From assembly GCA_010093995.1 (NCBI GenBank), contig ML992509.1:103588-167587 (forward strand): a stretch of 64,000 nucleotides of DNA, in the 5' to 3' direction. The position numbers were made by a program, and so were the translations under genes. Positions within the stretch are counted from its first letter, which is position 1. Each line of letters opens with the position of its first letter. This DNA is from Elsinoe ampelina (taxonomy: Eukaryota). The notes beneath the pieces are model-generated. The model had not been told where the DNA came from. It did not search any database and worked only from the letters and a program-made list of their open reading frames with translations. Of the stretch, positions 36,201 to 47,880 are shown piece after piece.

Positions 36201-39200
36201 GTGCACACCGTTCTTTCGCATACCAGAGTCAGCACGAAGAATAACCTCATCCTCGCCATCCTTGACACGTATCGGCCAAACAGACCTGGTGCGGGAAATG
36301 TGGCCAAGTACTTCCGCCCTGCATTGAAGTTGTTGGCTGAGCTCGAGTCTCGCTCGACCGCAAAGGTCGCACTGAAGGCCCGTGAGGTGCTCATCCAGTG
36401 CGCCATGCCTTCGCTTGAAGAGCGTATGTCGCAGATGGAGCACATCTTGAGATCATCAGTACTTGAGTCGAGATACGGCGAGAGCGGTTGGGATCACAGA
36501 GAGCCTGACTTTGACATCATCAAGGAGGTCGTTGACTCGAAGTACACTGTCTTTGACGTACTTCCACACTTCTTCGCCCATCAAGATCCATACGTGTCGT
36601 TGGCTGCGCTGGAAGTGTACACTCGTCGCGCCTACAGGGCCTACCAGCTCAAGACAATCGAATACAATACCGATATCGAGGCGCCTTTCGTCTTGCTTTG
36701 GGACTTTGCTCTCCGCAAGGTCGGTCAATCAGAGTTCGGTCTGCCTGTTGAAGCTTCGCACCCATCGACACCCGGCACGCCCGCTAGCATCGGCGACTTT
36801 TCTCGTGTCAACTCCTTCTCGGACATTAGCAAGATCAAGGATCAGACTGATGCTCAACCGAGAAGAGGTGCTGTTGTGCCTGTCCAATACCTCGATGAGG
36901 TTGATGAGGCTCTTACCAAGGCACTGGAGTGTATTCCAAGCAACGGCTTCTCCAAGAAGAGAGGCTCAGAGTCGGGCACCTTGATGGCAGATTTGAGCAG
37001 GAAGAGGACCCACCCCACCCAGCAGCCAGAGAACACTGATGATCTGACAGCTGTGGTCAACGTCGCGGTCCGTGACGCTGAGAGCCTGGACGACAACGAG
37101 ATCCTGGAGCGCATCAAGCCTATTGTGGGCGACTTCAAGGCCGAGCTTTACGCTCGCAAGGTCCGTCGCCTGACTTTCATCTGCGGTCACAAGGATGGTA
37201 CTTATCCTGGATACTACACTTTCCGTGGTCCCTCGTACGAGGAAGATGAGAGCATCCGTCACATCGAGCCTGCTCTTGCATTCCAGCTTGAGCTCAGCCG
37301 CCTGAACAAGTTCCAGATCAAGCCTGTCTTCACCGAGAACAGGAATATCCACATTTACGAGGCTACTGGCAAGGGCGTTGAGAATGACAAGCGCTACTTC
37401 ACTCGCGCTGTCGTACGACCAGGCCGTCTCCGAGAGGACATCTCCACGGCGGAGTACATGATCTCGGAGGCTGACAGGCTCATGACCGACATCCTTGATG
37501 CACTTGAGATTATCGGCAACAACAACTCCGACATGAACCACATCTTCATCAACTTCTCAGCTGTCTTCCCATTACAGCCCAAGGAGGTCGAGGAGGCTCT
37601 TGCTGGCTTCCTCGACAGATTCGGTCGCCGTGCATGGAGACTTCGCGTCACGGGCGCTGAGATTCGTCTTATTTGCACAGATCCTAACACTGGCGAGCCA
37701 TACCCACTCCGTGTCATCATCACCAACACATCAGGATACATCATCCAGGTCGAGCTGTACGCTGAGCGCAAGACCGAGAAAGGTAACGAGTGGGTTTTCC
37801 ACAGCATCGGTGGCACGACCAAGATTGGATCGATGCATCTCCGTCCTGTGTCTACCCCATACTCGACCAAGGGTGCTCTCCAACCAAAGAGGTACAAGGC
37901 TCACATCATGGGCACACAATACGTCTACGACTTCCCAGAGCTGTTCCGCCAAGCCGTCGAGAACAGCTGGAAGATCACGACTTCGCAACATCCTCATCTC
38001 AAGGAGAAGCAGCCCAAGCAAGGCGAGTGTATCGAGTATAGCGAGCTCGTGCTGGATGACAGCGATAACCTCGCTGAAGTCAATCGTGATCCTGGCACAA
38101 ACACCATCGGTATGGTCGGATGGATTATCACTGCTCGCACACCTGAGTACCCACGCGGCAGACGCTTCATCATCATCGCCAATGACATCACGTTCAAGAT
38201 TGGTTCTTTCGGTCCGCAGGAAGATAAGTTCTTCCACAAGTGCTCAGAGCTGGCTCGCAAGCTTGGTATCCCCAGGATCTACCTGTCTGCCAACTCCGGT
38301 GCTCGTATCGGTATGGCAGAGGAGCTCATTCCTCACTTTTCCGTGGCTTGGAAGGACCCGAAGAAGCCCGAGGCAGGCTTCGAGTACCTCTACCTTACTC
38401 CGGAGAAGAAGGCGCGCTTCGAGGATGGTGCTCTCAAGCATGTCCTCACCAAAGAGATCAAGGCTGACGGCGAGACTCGACACATGATCACCACCATTGT
38501 TGGTGCTGAGGACGGTCTCGGTGTGGAGTGTCTCAAGGGTTCTGGTCTCATCGCTGGTGAGACTGCTCGTGCGTATGAGGACATCTTCACCATCACCCTG
38601 GTCACCTGCCGATCCGTCGGTATCGGTGCCTACCTCGTCCGTCTTGGTCAGCGTGCTATTCAGATCGAAGGTCAACCTATCATTCTCACCGGTGCGCCCG
38701 CCATCAACAAGCTTCTCGGTCGCGAGGTGTACACATCCAACTTGCAGCTCGGAGGCACTCAGATCATGTACAAGAACGGTGTCTCGCACATGACTGCGAA
38801 CGATGACTTCGAGGGAGTGTCTAAGATTGTCAAGTGGTTGTCGTTCGTGCCGGATAAGAGGGGTCAGCCAGTGCCTATCTCCCCATCAGCAGATGTGTGG
38901 GACAGAGATATCACATACACTCCTCCACAGAAGCAGGCTTACGATGTGCGGTGGTTGATCAACGGCAAGTCGGATGATGAGGGATACCTATCGGGTCTCT
39001 TCGATCGCGGCTCATTCGAGGAGTCACTCGGTGGCTGGGCTCGTACTGTTGTCGTCGGCCGTGCCCGCCTTGGTGGCATTCCAGTCGGTGTCATTGGCGT
39101 TGAGACGCGATCCGTCGAGAACGTCACGCCTGCTGACCCGGCCAACCCCGACTCCATTGAGCAAGTCACTCAGGAAGCCGGTGGTGTCTGGTACCCCAAC

Positions 39201-40239
39201 TCTGCGTTCAAGACTGCTCAGGCGATCCGCGACTTCAATAATGGTGAGCACTTGCCGTTAATGATCCTGGCCAACTGGCGTGGTTTCTCTGGTGGTCAGA
39301 GGGACATGTACAATGAGGTGCTCAAGTATGGTTCGTATATTGTTGATGCGCTCGTCAAGTATGAGCAGCCGATCTTCATTTACATTCCGCCGTTTGGAGA
39401 GCTGCGTGGTGGTTCATGGGTAAGTTCATCCGAAGATTGTCGCAGAGAATCATATACTGACAGGTCTGCAGGTGGTGGTGGATCCTACCATCAATCCTCA
39501 ATTCATGGAAATGTACGCGGATGAAGACGCCCGCGGCGGTGTCCTCGAACCAGAGGGTATCGTCGGCATCAAGTTCCGCAAGGAGCGTCAACTCGAGACC
39601 ATGGCCCGTCTCGACGCCACCTACGGCGACCTCAAAGCCAAGCTCGCCGACCGCAGCCTCACCACCGAGCAACAATCCGAGATCAAGAACCAAATGAACG
39701 CCCGCGAACAACTCCTCCTCCCCGTCTACGCCCAAATCTCCCTCCAATACGCCGACCTCCACGACCGCGCCGGCCGCATGAAAGCCAAAGACACCATCCG
39801 CGCCCCTCTCGTCTGGAAAAACGCCCGTCGCTTCTTCTACTGGCGCCTCCGCCGCCGTCTCAACGAAGAGCACCTCCTCAAGCGCATGGCCTCTGCCGCA
39901 CCCAAGGACGCCTCTCACCCCACCGCTGCGGCTGCCACTGGCTCCTCCGCTTCCGCAGAGGTGCTATCAATCCGCAAGTCCAACCTCACACAGCTCGCTG
40001 CATGGAGCGGCATCACGGGCTTCGAGAACGAGGATCAAAAGGTCGCGCTGTGGTACGAGGAGAACCGCAAGACGGTGCATGAGAAGATTGAGAGGATTAG
40101 GACGGATAGTGTGGCGTATGATGTGGCGAGTTTGTTGAGGGGGAGTAAGGAGGGGGGACTCAAGGGGGTGAGGGATGTGTTGCAGATGTTGCCTGTGGGA
40201 GAGAGGGAGGAGGTTTTGAAGTTTTTGGCGGCGAATTAG
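33206..40239 (+). CDS. ACC1: Acetyl-CoA carboxylase (exons 33206-33388, 33439-33704, 33755-39419, 39472-40239; alternative in-frame ATG at 33188)
   Basis: Biotin carboxylase [16 protein letters not shown] and [13 protein letters not shown]; biotinylation motif EVMKM; carboxyltransferase SANSGARIG and [21 protein letters not shown]; three canonical introns. Confidence 0.98.
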
Positions 40240-41485
40240 AGGGGACTGAGAAGAGGGCATGAGAAGAGGAGGGAACATAAGGAGATTGAGAGGACGGGGT
40301 TGAGAGAACCGCAACGAGGGCGGTCGGATTGGCGCGTGCCAAGGGTCTGGCAGGGATGGAAGGAAATGTAGACTTAGCTGCGTGGTGCGTTTAGTGTTGC
40401 TTACATAGGCGGGCGTTTCATTAAGGTCTTAAAGTATGTGGTCTTGCACCGCAAAGCGATGTCTCAGCTGGTGCCCTAGGAAATCCCGAGGTCAAGCTTG
40501 ACATGCTCGTACGAAATGGCAATCGCGGTTTGGCCAAGAAGCGGTCGCCTGGCGGCATCTGCCCTGGGACCTCTGTCACGTCAAGGTTCGAAGCAGGAAC
40601 CGCACACAGGCGATGCAGTCGCACGTCGTTAAGGAGAGCTTCTTCTATCAACGACTACAACTTCACGTCCAAGATCTCGAATGGTCAAGAATGGGACGCG
40701 AACAGCACATAAATTTCCGTGCATGATCCGGCCAGACCGAAGGCTGCCTTGACCTGCTCTTGCTGGCGGATGATGGCAAAGAGAGTGGCTGCAGGTTACT
40801 CAGCCGCAGATTGTCGTCCAAAAGTGTTGCACAGCCTTGCCCCGCTTTCGTCACTGTGTCTCGTTTTTTGGGCCGTCCTTGCAACCTTGCTTGTGTCGCA
40901 AGCAATACACAACCTTATCCCCATCAACAACAGCTAGTTCAGGCGCTAAGGAGAACATCAGGGACCATGAAAGATTGTTGATTGGTTCAACAGTGCCAGC
41001 AAAGAGCACAAGCTTTCGTTCACATGAAGTGCGCACCGTCTCCGTGCATGGTAGGTGACACACTATGAAGCCCATAATCTTCTTCCCCAGCAATCTCGGC
41101 CCCGATATGGCTATCAGTGCGCATTACGGCGTCGAAGACGCGCTAATGTTCCTTTCTCTCCAAAGCAATCTCACCTCCAGGGCGTCGGGCTACCAGCATG
41201 TCCACCACTTGGCATGGAGATATAAAGAGCTTGCCTGTTCCTCGTAGGTTATACAGGTTGCATTTCGTAACAGCTCTTCATCTCACGCTCAATTTATAGC
41301 TACCTAGTGTGCCGAAGGTCGTCAACAAGACACACCAACCTCTCAATCATCCTCGAAGTAGTGTACTATCGCGGACCGACCTCCTTTTGCCTCGATCTTG
41401 CTCCCCGAGCCTGCAACACACACGTCGGCAATACACAAGATGGTCCTCACCTCAGTCATCGACCATTGGCTTCACGTCACCGACC

Positions 41486-41847
41486 ATGAGTGTCGACAGC
41501 CTCAGCAACGAGTCCATCATCGCCCTCGTCACCTTGTTCACTATGATTACCATTGCCCCTGCTGGATGGCTCGTTACTCAACACCTTGCACGAAGAAGTA
41601 CTACCACTATGCCTCCCTCAGCACTAGTTTCTAATGCATAGTAGATAGGATATATGACCACTTCAACCACCAAGAAGACCGCTTCAGTCGTGAGTGGCGC
41701 ATCCTCGCCAGCCTCTTCGACATCTGGAGAGGCCACCGCCCACCACTGGGGGAGATACTCGACGACGTCATCACTATCGGGGGCGAAGATGATGATGGAG
41801 GACCTGGGTTAGAGCTGGACAGAATGAGGAACAGTGAGGAGGTCTGA
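41486..41847 (+). CDS. Single-TM microprotein A (~105 aa; exons 41486-41597, 41642-41847)
   Basis: MSVDSLSNESIIALVTLFTMITIAPAGWLVTQHLARR|IDRIYDHFNHQEDRFSREWRILASLFDIWRGHRPPL...LELDRMRNSEEV; phase-1 intron GTACTA..CTAAT..TAG; TATAAA at 41221; paralogous to B and C. Confidence 0.7.
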
Positions 41848-43089
41848 GAAGAAGGGACAAAGGAAAAGGAGGAACATGTATAAGAGTACGACCTTGAACG
41901 ACAGCGTGTACGGATAGTTACCACTTGCATAGCACGGCGTAAACACGATTGATGAAGACCAGTTACGTCCCATGGAACAAAATTTATTCAACTGAAATGG
42001 TGTTGCATTGATGCCGTGTCGCAAAATGACAAGTTTGGTCAGGTATGGTGATGATTGTGATGAAGAAGCGGAAGTTTCGACTTTGCGGAGAAGCTGTGGT
42101 TGAAAGATCATCAAACCTTGCCCGAGCGTACCGAGATATCGGGGAAGTTTAACGGTTGGTGGATCAACTCTCGGGGTCGTCGATCCATGTGGAACATCTC
42201 TACGTCCGTTAATTAAAAGATTAACACACTGGGAGTCCCAGTATTCGTGCAGTTCCAAACCCTGATTTGAGACGGAGATGGTAGCATGTAGCTCAGCACA
42301 TGACTACTCACTGATCTTCGAAGATCAATTTGAGCTTCCTCGGTGCGGCTCGGAAACCCCAGGGTCTAGACCCATCCATCTATCCACGCGAACGCCTGTT
42401 CCTGACCGCGCTACAGCTCCCCGTCTCCACCACTGTGACCTCATAGTCACGATTCTTCCGACCTGCCGACCACTAGAATCGCGATATGATCGTCCGAAAT
42501 ATTTCAATTCAGTCCAGTGTGACGTCGCGGCCATGCACACCTGGACGCTGCGGCTAATCTGGAACAATACTGAGGCTGCGAGTCCGCAGATCCATCTCGG
42601 ATCAAGTCCGGTCATATCGCCAGATGGAAGCGGTCGTGCCAGGCAGACGCTATAAGTTCCTTACGATGGCGGAGATATCGCTACATGCATAGCTCTCGAG
42701 GCGGCTGAGCACTTTGGCATTGATGCTCGAGCTACGCCGCATCCCACCCTAGGGGGTCGATCTCAACACAGGCAACGTCACTTTCTATGTCGAAGGGGAG
42801 TCTAGATGTCGCAACATGACTGCACATACAACTAGTCGCGTCCATCTTCTTGCACCTACCAGGTCTTAAGACCATTCAAAAGCCGCGATGATACCCGCCA
42901 CATCACGATCCTCATACTCCCTAGTCTTCACGGCAATCGTGCCTGTCCTCGCAGATCAGAGCCACCCACCCTGCACAGAGCTCTTATAAGCCTGGTATAC
43001 ACGGCAAGCGCTCTTACCGCAGAGAGGCCAATCCCGTGGGCCGTCAGGCTTACTCGCTCGTTGAATGTGACCTGTCGAGGGCTCATCCA

Positions 43090-43446
43090 ATGCCGCCGAA
43101 GTCACTGAGCGATGAGTCCATCATCGCCCTTGCTACACTCCTCGTCACAGTAACATTTGGTCCTTTGGGATGGATGATCAATCGCTGGCTGGTAGAGAGG
43201 CGTGAGCAAGCTCCCAAGCGATAACAAATTTTGGGCCCGTCGAGCTGACAAGGTGCAGGTAGACAGAACATACGCCGAGGAGACACTGGTTTTCGATGTG
43301 AGCATAAGTGTTGGGGCTTGAGTAGGTTGTGCTATGTTTGGATAGGTGATAGGTTGCCTCTACTCCCAGTGATCAGCCAACTTCGTGCCACTGAAGGAGA
43401 AGTGCTGTCAATGGAACTGGACAGAGTGGAGCTGGATAGAGTTTGA
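43090..43446 (+). CDS. Single-TM microprotein B (99 aa; exons 43090-43201, 43259-43446)
   Basis: MPPKSLSDESIIALATLLVTVTFGPLGWMINRWLVER|RRQNIRRGDTGFRCEHKCWGLSRLCYVWIGDRLPLL...MELDRVELDRV; intron GTGAGC..GCTGAC..CAG; exon 1 is 112 nt, the same as in A. Confidence 0.75.
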
Positions 43447-44193
43447 AGAGAGCCTGGAGGATAGAAGGCTCCTTGTGTACCATAGACGGGAGATAACGGA
43501 TACGCGAAGGGCGAAGAAGGGGAAACGAGATTGGTGGACGAACCGGAGCTTCGCCCCCCAAGGGACATCGCGCTTGGAGACGGTCGGTGATCGGACGCAG
43601 TCGAGCTGTGTATGAATACTGCCTGTTCTTGAGCTTTTTCTGTAGAAATGATGAAATTTTGCCTGCGGATTGCTATTTAGTCGTCCTCATCTTACGACTT
43701 TTGTCTTGTTGTGGGATGTTTGGGCAGCACTGGGGCTGTGCAATGCGGGCTCCTCCTCCACCAACGAGCTGATGATAGATCACCTTGTAATTATTCACGT
43801 ATGTTGAAGGTTGGGATTGGCTAGTCCCCTGCACAGACAGCCTGCAGACCTTCCCGAAGTGTAAGATGTCCTGTTCATAGCGCTTAGAATCACGATCAAG
43901 GCGGGCGAAGCTCAACATAGCCTCTCTGCCTTAATAGCCTCTTTGCCTTCATAGCTCAGCGGCGGTGTAATGTATTCTATAAAGACTCCATGAAACTCCT
44001 TCATGTCTCCTCATTATCACCCTAAAAAGACTTGGAACAAGCCCACCTTTGCTGCGTGGCTTTCAAAACAAAAACGCGAGGTAGGTACCATGTCCGTCCT
44101 ACACCATTTGTCCGCAGGCACACCTGTTTTGCACCCGTCCTCCTGCCCTAGCAAACATACTTTGACAAGGCATCGCTTCCTTACCTTCACAAC

Positions 44194-44416
44194 ATGTCCA
44201 CAGTATCTATCACTTGGTCGAATGAAGCCATCATCGGTCTCACTACCCTCCTCACCACTGTCGTCATCGCTCCCATTGGCTGGTTCGTTGGACAGATGCA
44301 CTACAGGAGAAGTAAGATACCATCAGCATGGACGAAGACTATTGTACACCTACACTAACGCAGAGAGACACTTCTCCTATCAATGCGATCACCTATGTCC
44401 CGGCATACGAGCTTAA
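44194..44416 (+). CDS. Single-TM microprotein C (56 aa; exons 44194-44311, 44364-44416), possibly truncated
   Basis: MSTVSITWSNEAIIGLTTLLTTVVIAPIGWFVGQMHYRR|KRHFSYQCDHLCPGIRA*; intron GTAAGA..CTAAC..CAG at the homologous position; TATAAAAG at ~43978. Confidence 0.65.
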
Positions 44417-44938
44417 TGCTATGCTATAAGCAAACAAGCATGCCGTAACTGTCAGGACAGCCATACGTGCTTGGAGGCGACGGACGGGAAGACGGGATGC
44501 TGTGGAGGTGGTGAAGGGGCTTGTCCGTTGGGGGAAGGGAAGAGGGTAGACCGGAGAAGGCGTGGGACGATCTTCATCGACCAGTGCGACAAGCATGACT
44601 GAGATTTGGTAGTCACCTCATTTCGACGAGTGGTGGGTTGGTCAGGCGTTAGGAGTCTTCTAACATGAGGTCAATGGAGAGATTTCAACCCACCAGACAC
44701 CCCGATCCCTTGCAACCAGGATCAAATGCTATGAACCCGCCGTCCACTAGTCTCGTGCAAGCCAGGTGATCTCTCAATCGGATCTCATGGAAGAAGAAAC
44801 GTGCCGTAAAATTACACTCTTTGGCGAGACCAGTTCCACTTTCGTCAACTGTCACTGGCGCATTCAGACTATCCGGTCCTGTTCTTCGAGATTGATCGCC
44901 TTGTGCTCTTTCCAACGTTTCGCAAAAAGTATTTTGTC

Positions 44939-47173
44939 CTATGCGTATTGCATGACCCCGTCGTCACCGACTCCATCTCCTTCTGCATCTTCATCTTCGT
45001 CGTCAGGACTGTCTTCACTTTGACCCATCATGTCGCCTCCTACACCCAGCATGTCATCATCATCCGGGTCATCAGCGTCATTATCCTCGTCGTCTTCTCC
45101 TCCCTGATCCTGAGCCTGTTCAGCATGAGCCATCATCTGCCTTCTGAACTCATCCTCTGCATTCGTTGCTGGATATTGACCGTCTGCAGCGTGAGGAGTG
45201 GTATTTGCGGGGCCCGTTGCCTGCAGAGAACCTGGTGGCGGATTGTGCATCTGGCTGCCTCTAGGCGCTCGGTTGGCAACACTTGCTATTACATTACCAT
45301 TCGTATATTGTGGTTTCGATGCTTTCGGCGGCGGGCCTTGATAGAAGATCGGCCACTGGATGCCGCGGCCTTTACGTTTTTTATTAGGGGCAGAAGCGTC
45401 AGACTCGGATGGACGTTTCTCGCCGGTTGTAGGTGCAGGTCCGGAAGCGTAAGCCCCACCATTCAGTGGCGGAGGTTGATACTGTGAAGCTGCTGGGGCA
45501 GATTGTGGTTGCTGCATGTACTGCGGTTGCTGAGGCGTGTATGGCTGTGGAGGGGGGGGATAGCGATAGCCGGGCGGGGGAGCTGCGTATGGCGACGCGT
45601 ATTGGGTCGCCGGCTGAGGGTAGCTAGGCTGTGGAGGAGGTGGTGGCGGTGCATATACAGGTGGTGGAGGAGCTGGCTGAGGGTAAGCTGGCGGCTGGGG
45701 AGGTGGCGGAGCTGGTGCGGGTAGAGGAATGACAGGTTGATCTGGCAAGCAGGGGTGTGATGGAGTCCCTGGAAAAGCAACCTTGACTCTTGCGAGAGTC
45801 TTTAGAATATGATACAGGTCTTCGAATTTTGCAATTGTGCCAAAGCCGAGGCCATGGCGGGTATCTTTGGGCATAACGTCGTCAATCGCTCTGCGTGCAG
45901 CCGAGTCGACCTCGGAGAGATCAGTGAAAGGACCATTGTCCGGTGCAGGAGTCGTGTGACTCTGAGCCGAAGGGGCTGGTGTTGGCGTAACTTGGGCTGG
46001 TGGTTGCGCAGACTGTTGAGGGGTGGCGGTTGCGGGAGCAGCAGCTTGCATCTGTGCCGACGGAGGTTGGCTTGGGATTGGGGTGGATTCGCTTTGAAGA
46101 GGCGGTTGTGAGACGGAAGCTTGTCTCTGCAGAGCTTCCTTGTTCGCCTGTGCGGCGTGCTTGGACAGAGCCTGAGCTGCAACACATCCTTCAACGATGC
46201 AGACATCGAAGCCCCTATCGGTAGCATCACGCACTGTGTCTCGTATACCAGCATTCACACTGAGACCAGCGATGATGAGATTCTTGATACCACGGTTGCG
46301 GATGACAAGATCGAAATCAGTGTAAGCAAATACAGAGGACCGAGGATGGTCAAACATGAGTTCGCTGTACAATGGTGCCAGCTCCTGAACGGGGTCTGTT
46401 CCAATACTTTGCCGCAGTAAGAAGTGGCCAAGAGGACCAGGAGTACCCGGAACTAGATCTTGAGCTGTGAATGTGGGAAGGGGATGGCCAGTCCTTGAAT
46501 TTACCGCAACAGGTTGGATGCGAGCCCGATCAAGCCCGGTGAAGGTTGAGAGATCATGACGGTGAGAGTGACGTGCGTGGTAGATGGGAAACTGGGCACA
46601 TCTGAAAGCATGGAGCAGCTTCTGCAGCGGTGGAAGCATAGTGCGTGCGGTACTGATGGGATGACCAAGCTGATCTAGGAAGCCACCAACGTTGACGACT
46701 TAGCCGGCATTAGCATTCGCAGTCTTCGAGATTTGACGGCAGAAGTCTACATACAGTCCTGCTGCATGTCTACAAGTAACAGGGCAGTAGTATCTGCCCT
46801 GACCAGACCCTCATGAGGAAACCAGTACGGCTCCGCTACGAGCTTCGTCTTCGGAGGCACCGGGTTCGACGGTGCAGGATTCTTGGGACGTCCTCTGGGT
46901 CTCAATTCCTCGTCAGGCAGTTCCTCCCGTAGCAATTGAATGATATCATCCTCCTCGGTATGCTTGGCAAGAAAGGCCTGAGAGACCATCAGCATAGGAC
47001 AGACGCGAGGATGAAGCTCTTACCTGACATCGTCGCAGATGATTCACCTTTCTTTTACCGGAAGACTTTGCGATACGTGCAGAATTGCAATGTCTGCACA
47101 CAACTTGTGGTGACTTGCCATCTCCATCAACAGGTATGAACTCCTGCGTGATGAGCCCAGGTGGGCGAGGCAT
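44939..47173 (-). CDS. BED-like zinc finger / AT-hook / degenerate isochorismatase-family (biuret hydrolase-like) protein with P/Q-rich and acidic regions (710 aa; exons 47173-47024, 46977-46755, 46698-44939)
   Basis: Exon 1 VVCRHC...NHLRRC; exon 2 RPRGRPK and AEPYWFPH...TTALLLVDMQQD; exon 3 FVNVGGFL...GPLGHFLLR...FAYTDFDLVIRNRGIKNLIIAG...DRGFDV. Introns GTAAGA..GCTGAT..CAG and GTATGT..GCTAAT..AAG join in frame (2133 nt). Confidence 0.85.
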
Positions 47174-47880
47174 GTCTCGTGGAGAGCCAAAATGGCGGGA
47201 GGGAGGCTCGCGTCGTGGTAGCTTGGAAAAAGATGAGATACGAGGATGCCCAAGGAGGGAAGGAAAAGCAGCAGGCGGTTGGTGACGCTAGCCCTGAAGA
47301 GGAAAAGACATCAACTTGGCAATTTTGATTTTTTGGCGTTTGCTGTCGTCTCTTCTGATTGGTGCATCTCGCTATACACCACCTCCAAAGACATGGCTCT
47401 CTCACATGCGAGCAGAACAAGCTCCAAGTCGTAAATGTCTGACCGATTGCTTAAGGTTGGTAAAAGCGACAATTAGGGCTTGGGATGGACAATTCCTCCG
47501 ACGCCGTTTCTGTCCATGCAATGCATGTGTCAGCATTTTGCCATGTCATCAGCGGAACAGCTCCGAGATCCGGAAGCTGACGACGATCGTCGTTCGTTGA
47601 TCCGCAAGCCAAAGTCAATTCGCTCACCAATTGTCGGGGATTAACAAATCGCTTACCGATCCCAGCAATGACCTCGAAATCACGTCTTCTCCCCAAAACA
47701 ACGGGCTGCCCCTCCCCGTACATCGTATAGCGTAAGGTTTGTACCTGCTGAGGCAAGATTGCATAAGAGCTTAGCTGTACATCACATGCCGCGACTCTGT
47801 TCCAGAACCCACTGCCAGCTCCCCCACCGCTTCCCAGAGCTCACCGTACCTTATCTACCCCTCCTGCAGCTTTAATATAA

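Noticed and set aside
40400..41400. Several 60-80 aa ORFs downstream of ACC1 and at 41900-43000
   Set aside because: No fourth copy of the microprotein motif and no coding signal found; treated as intergenic.
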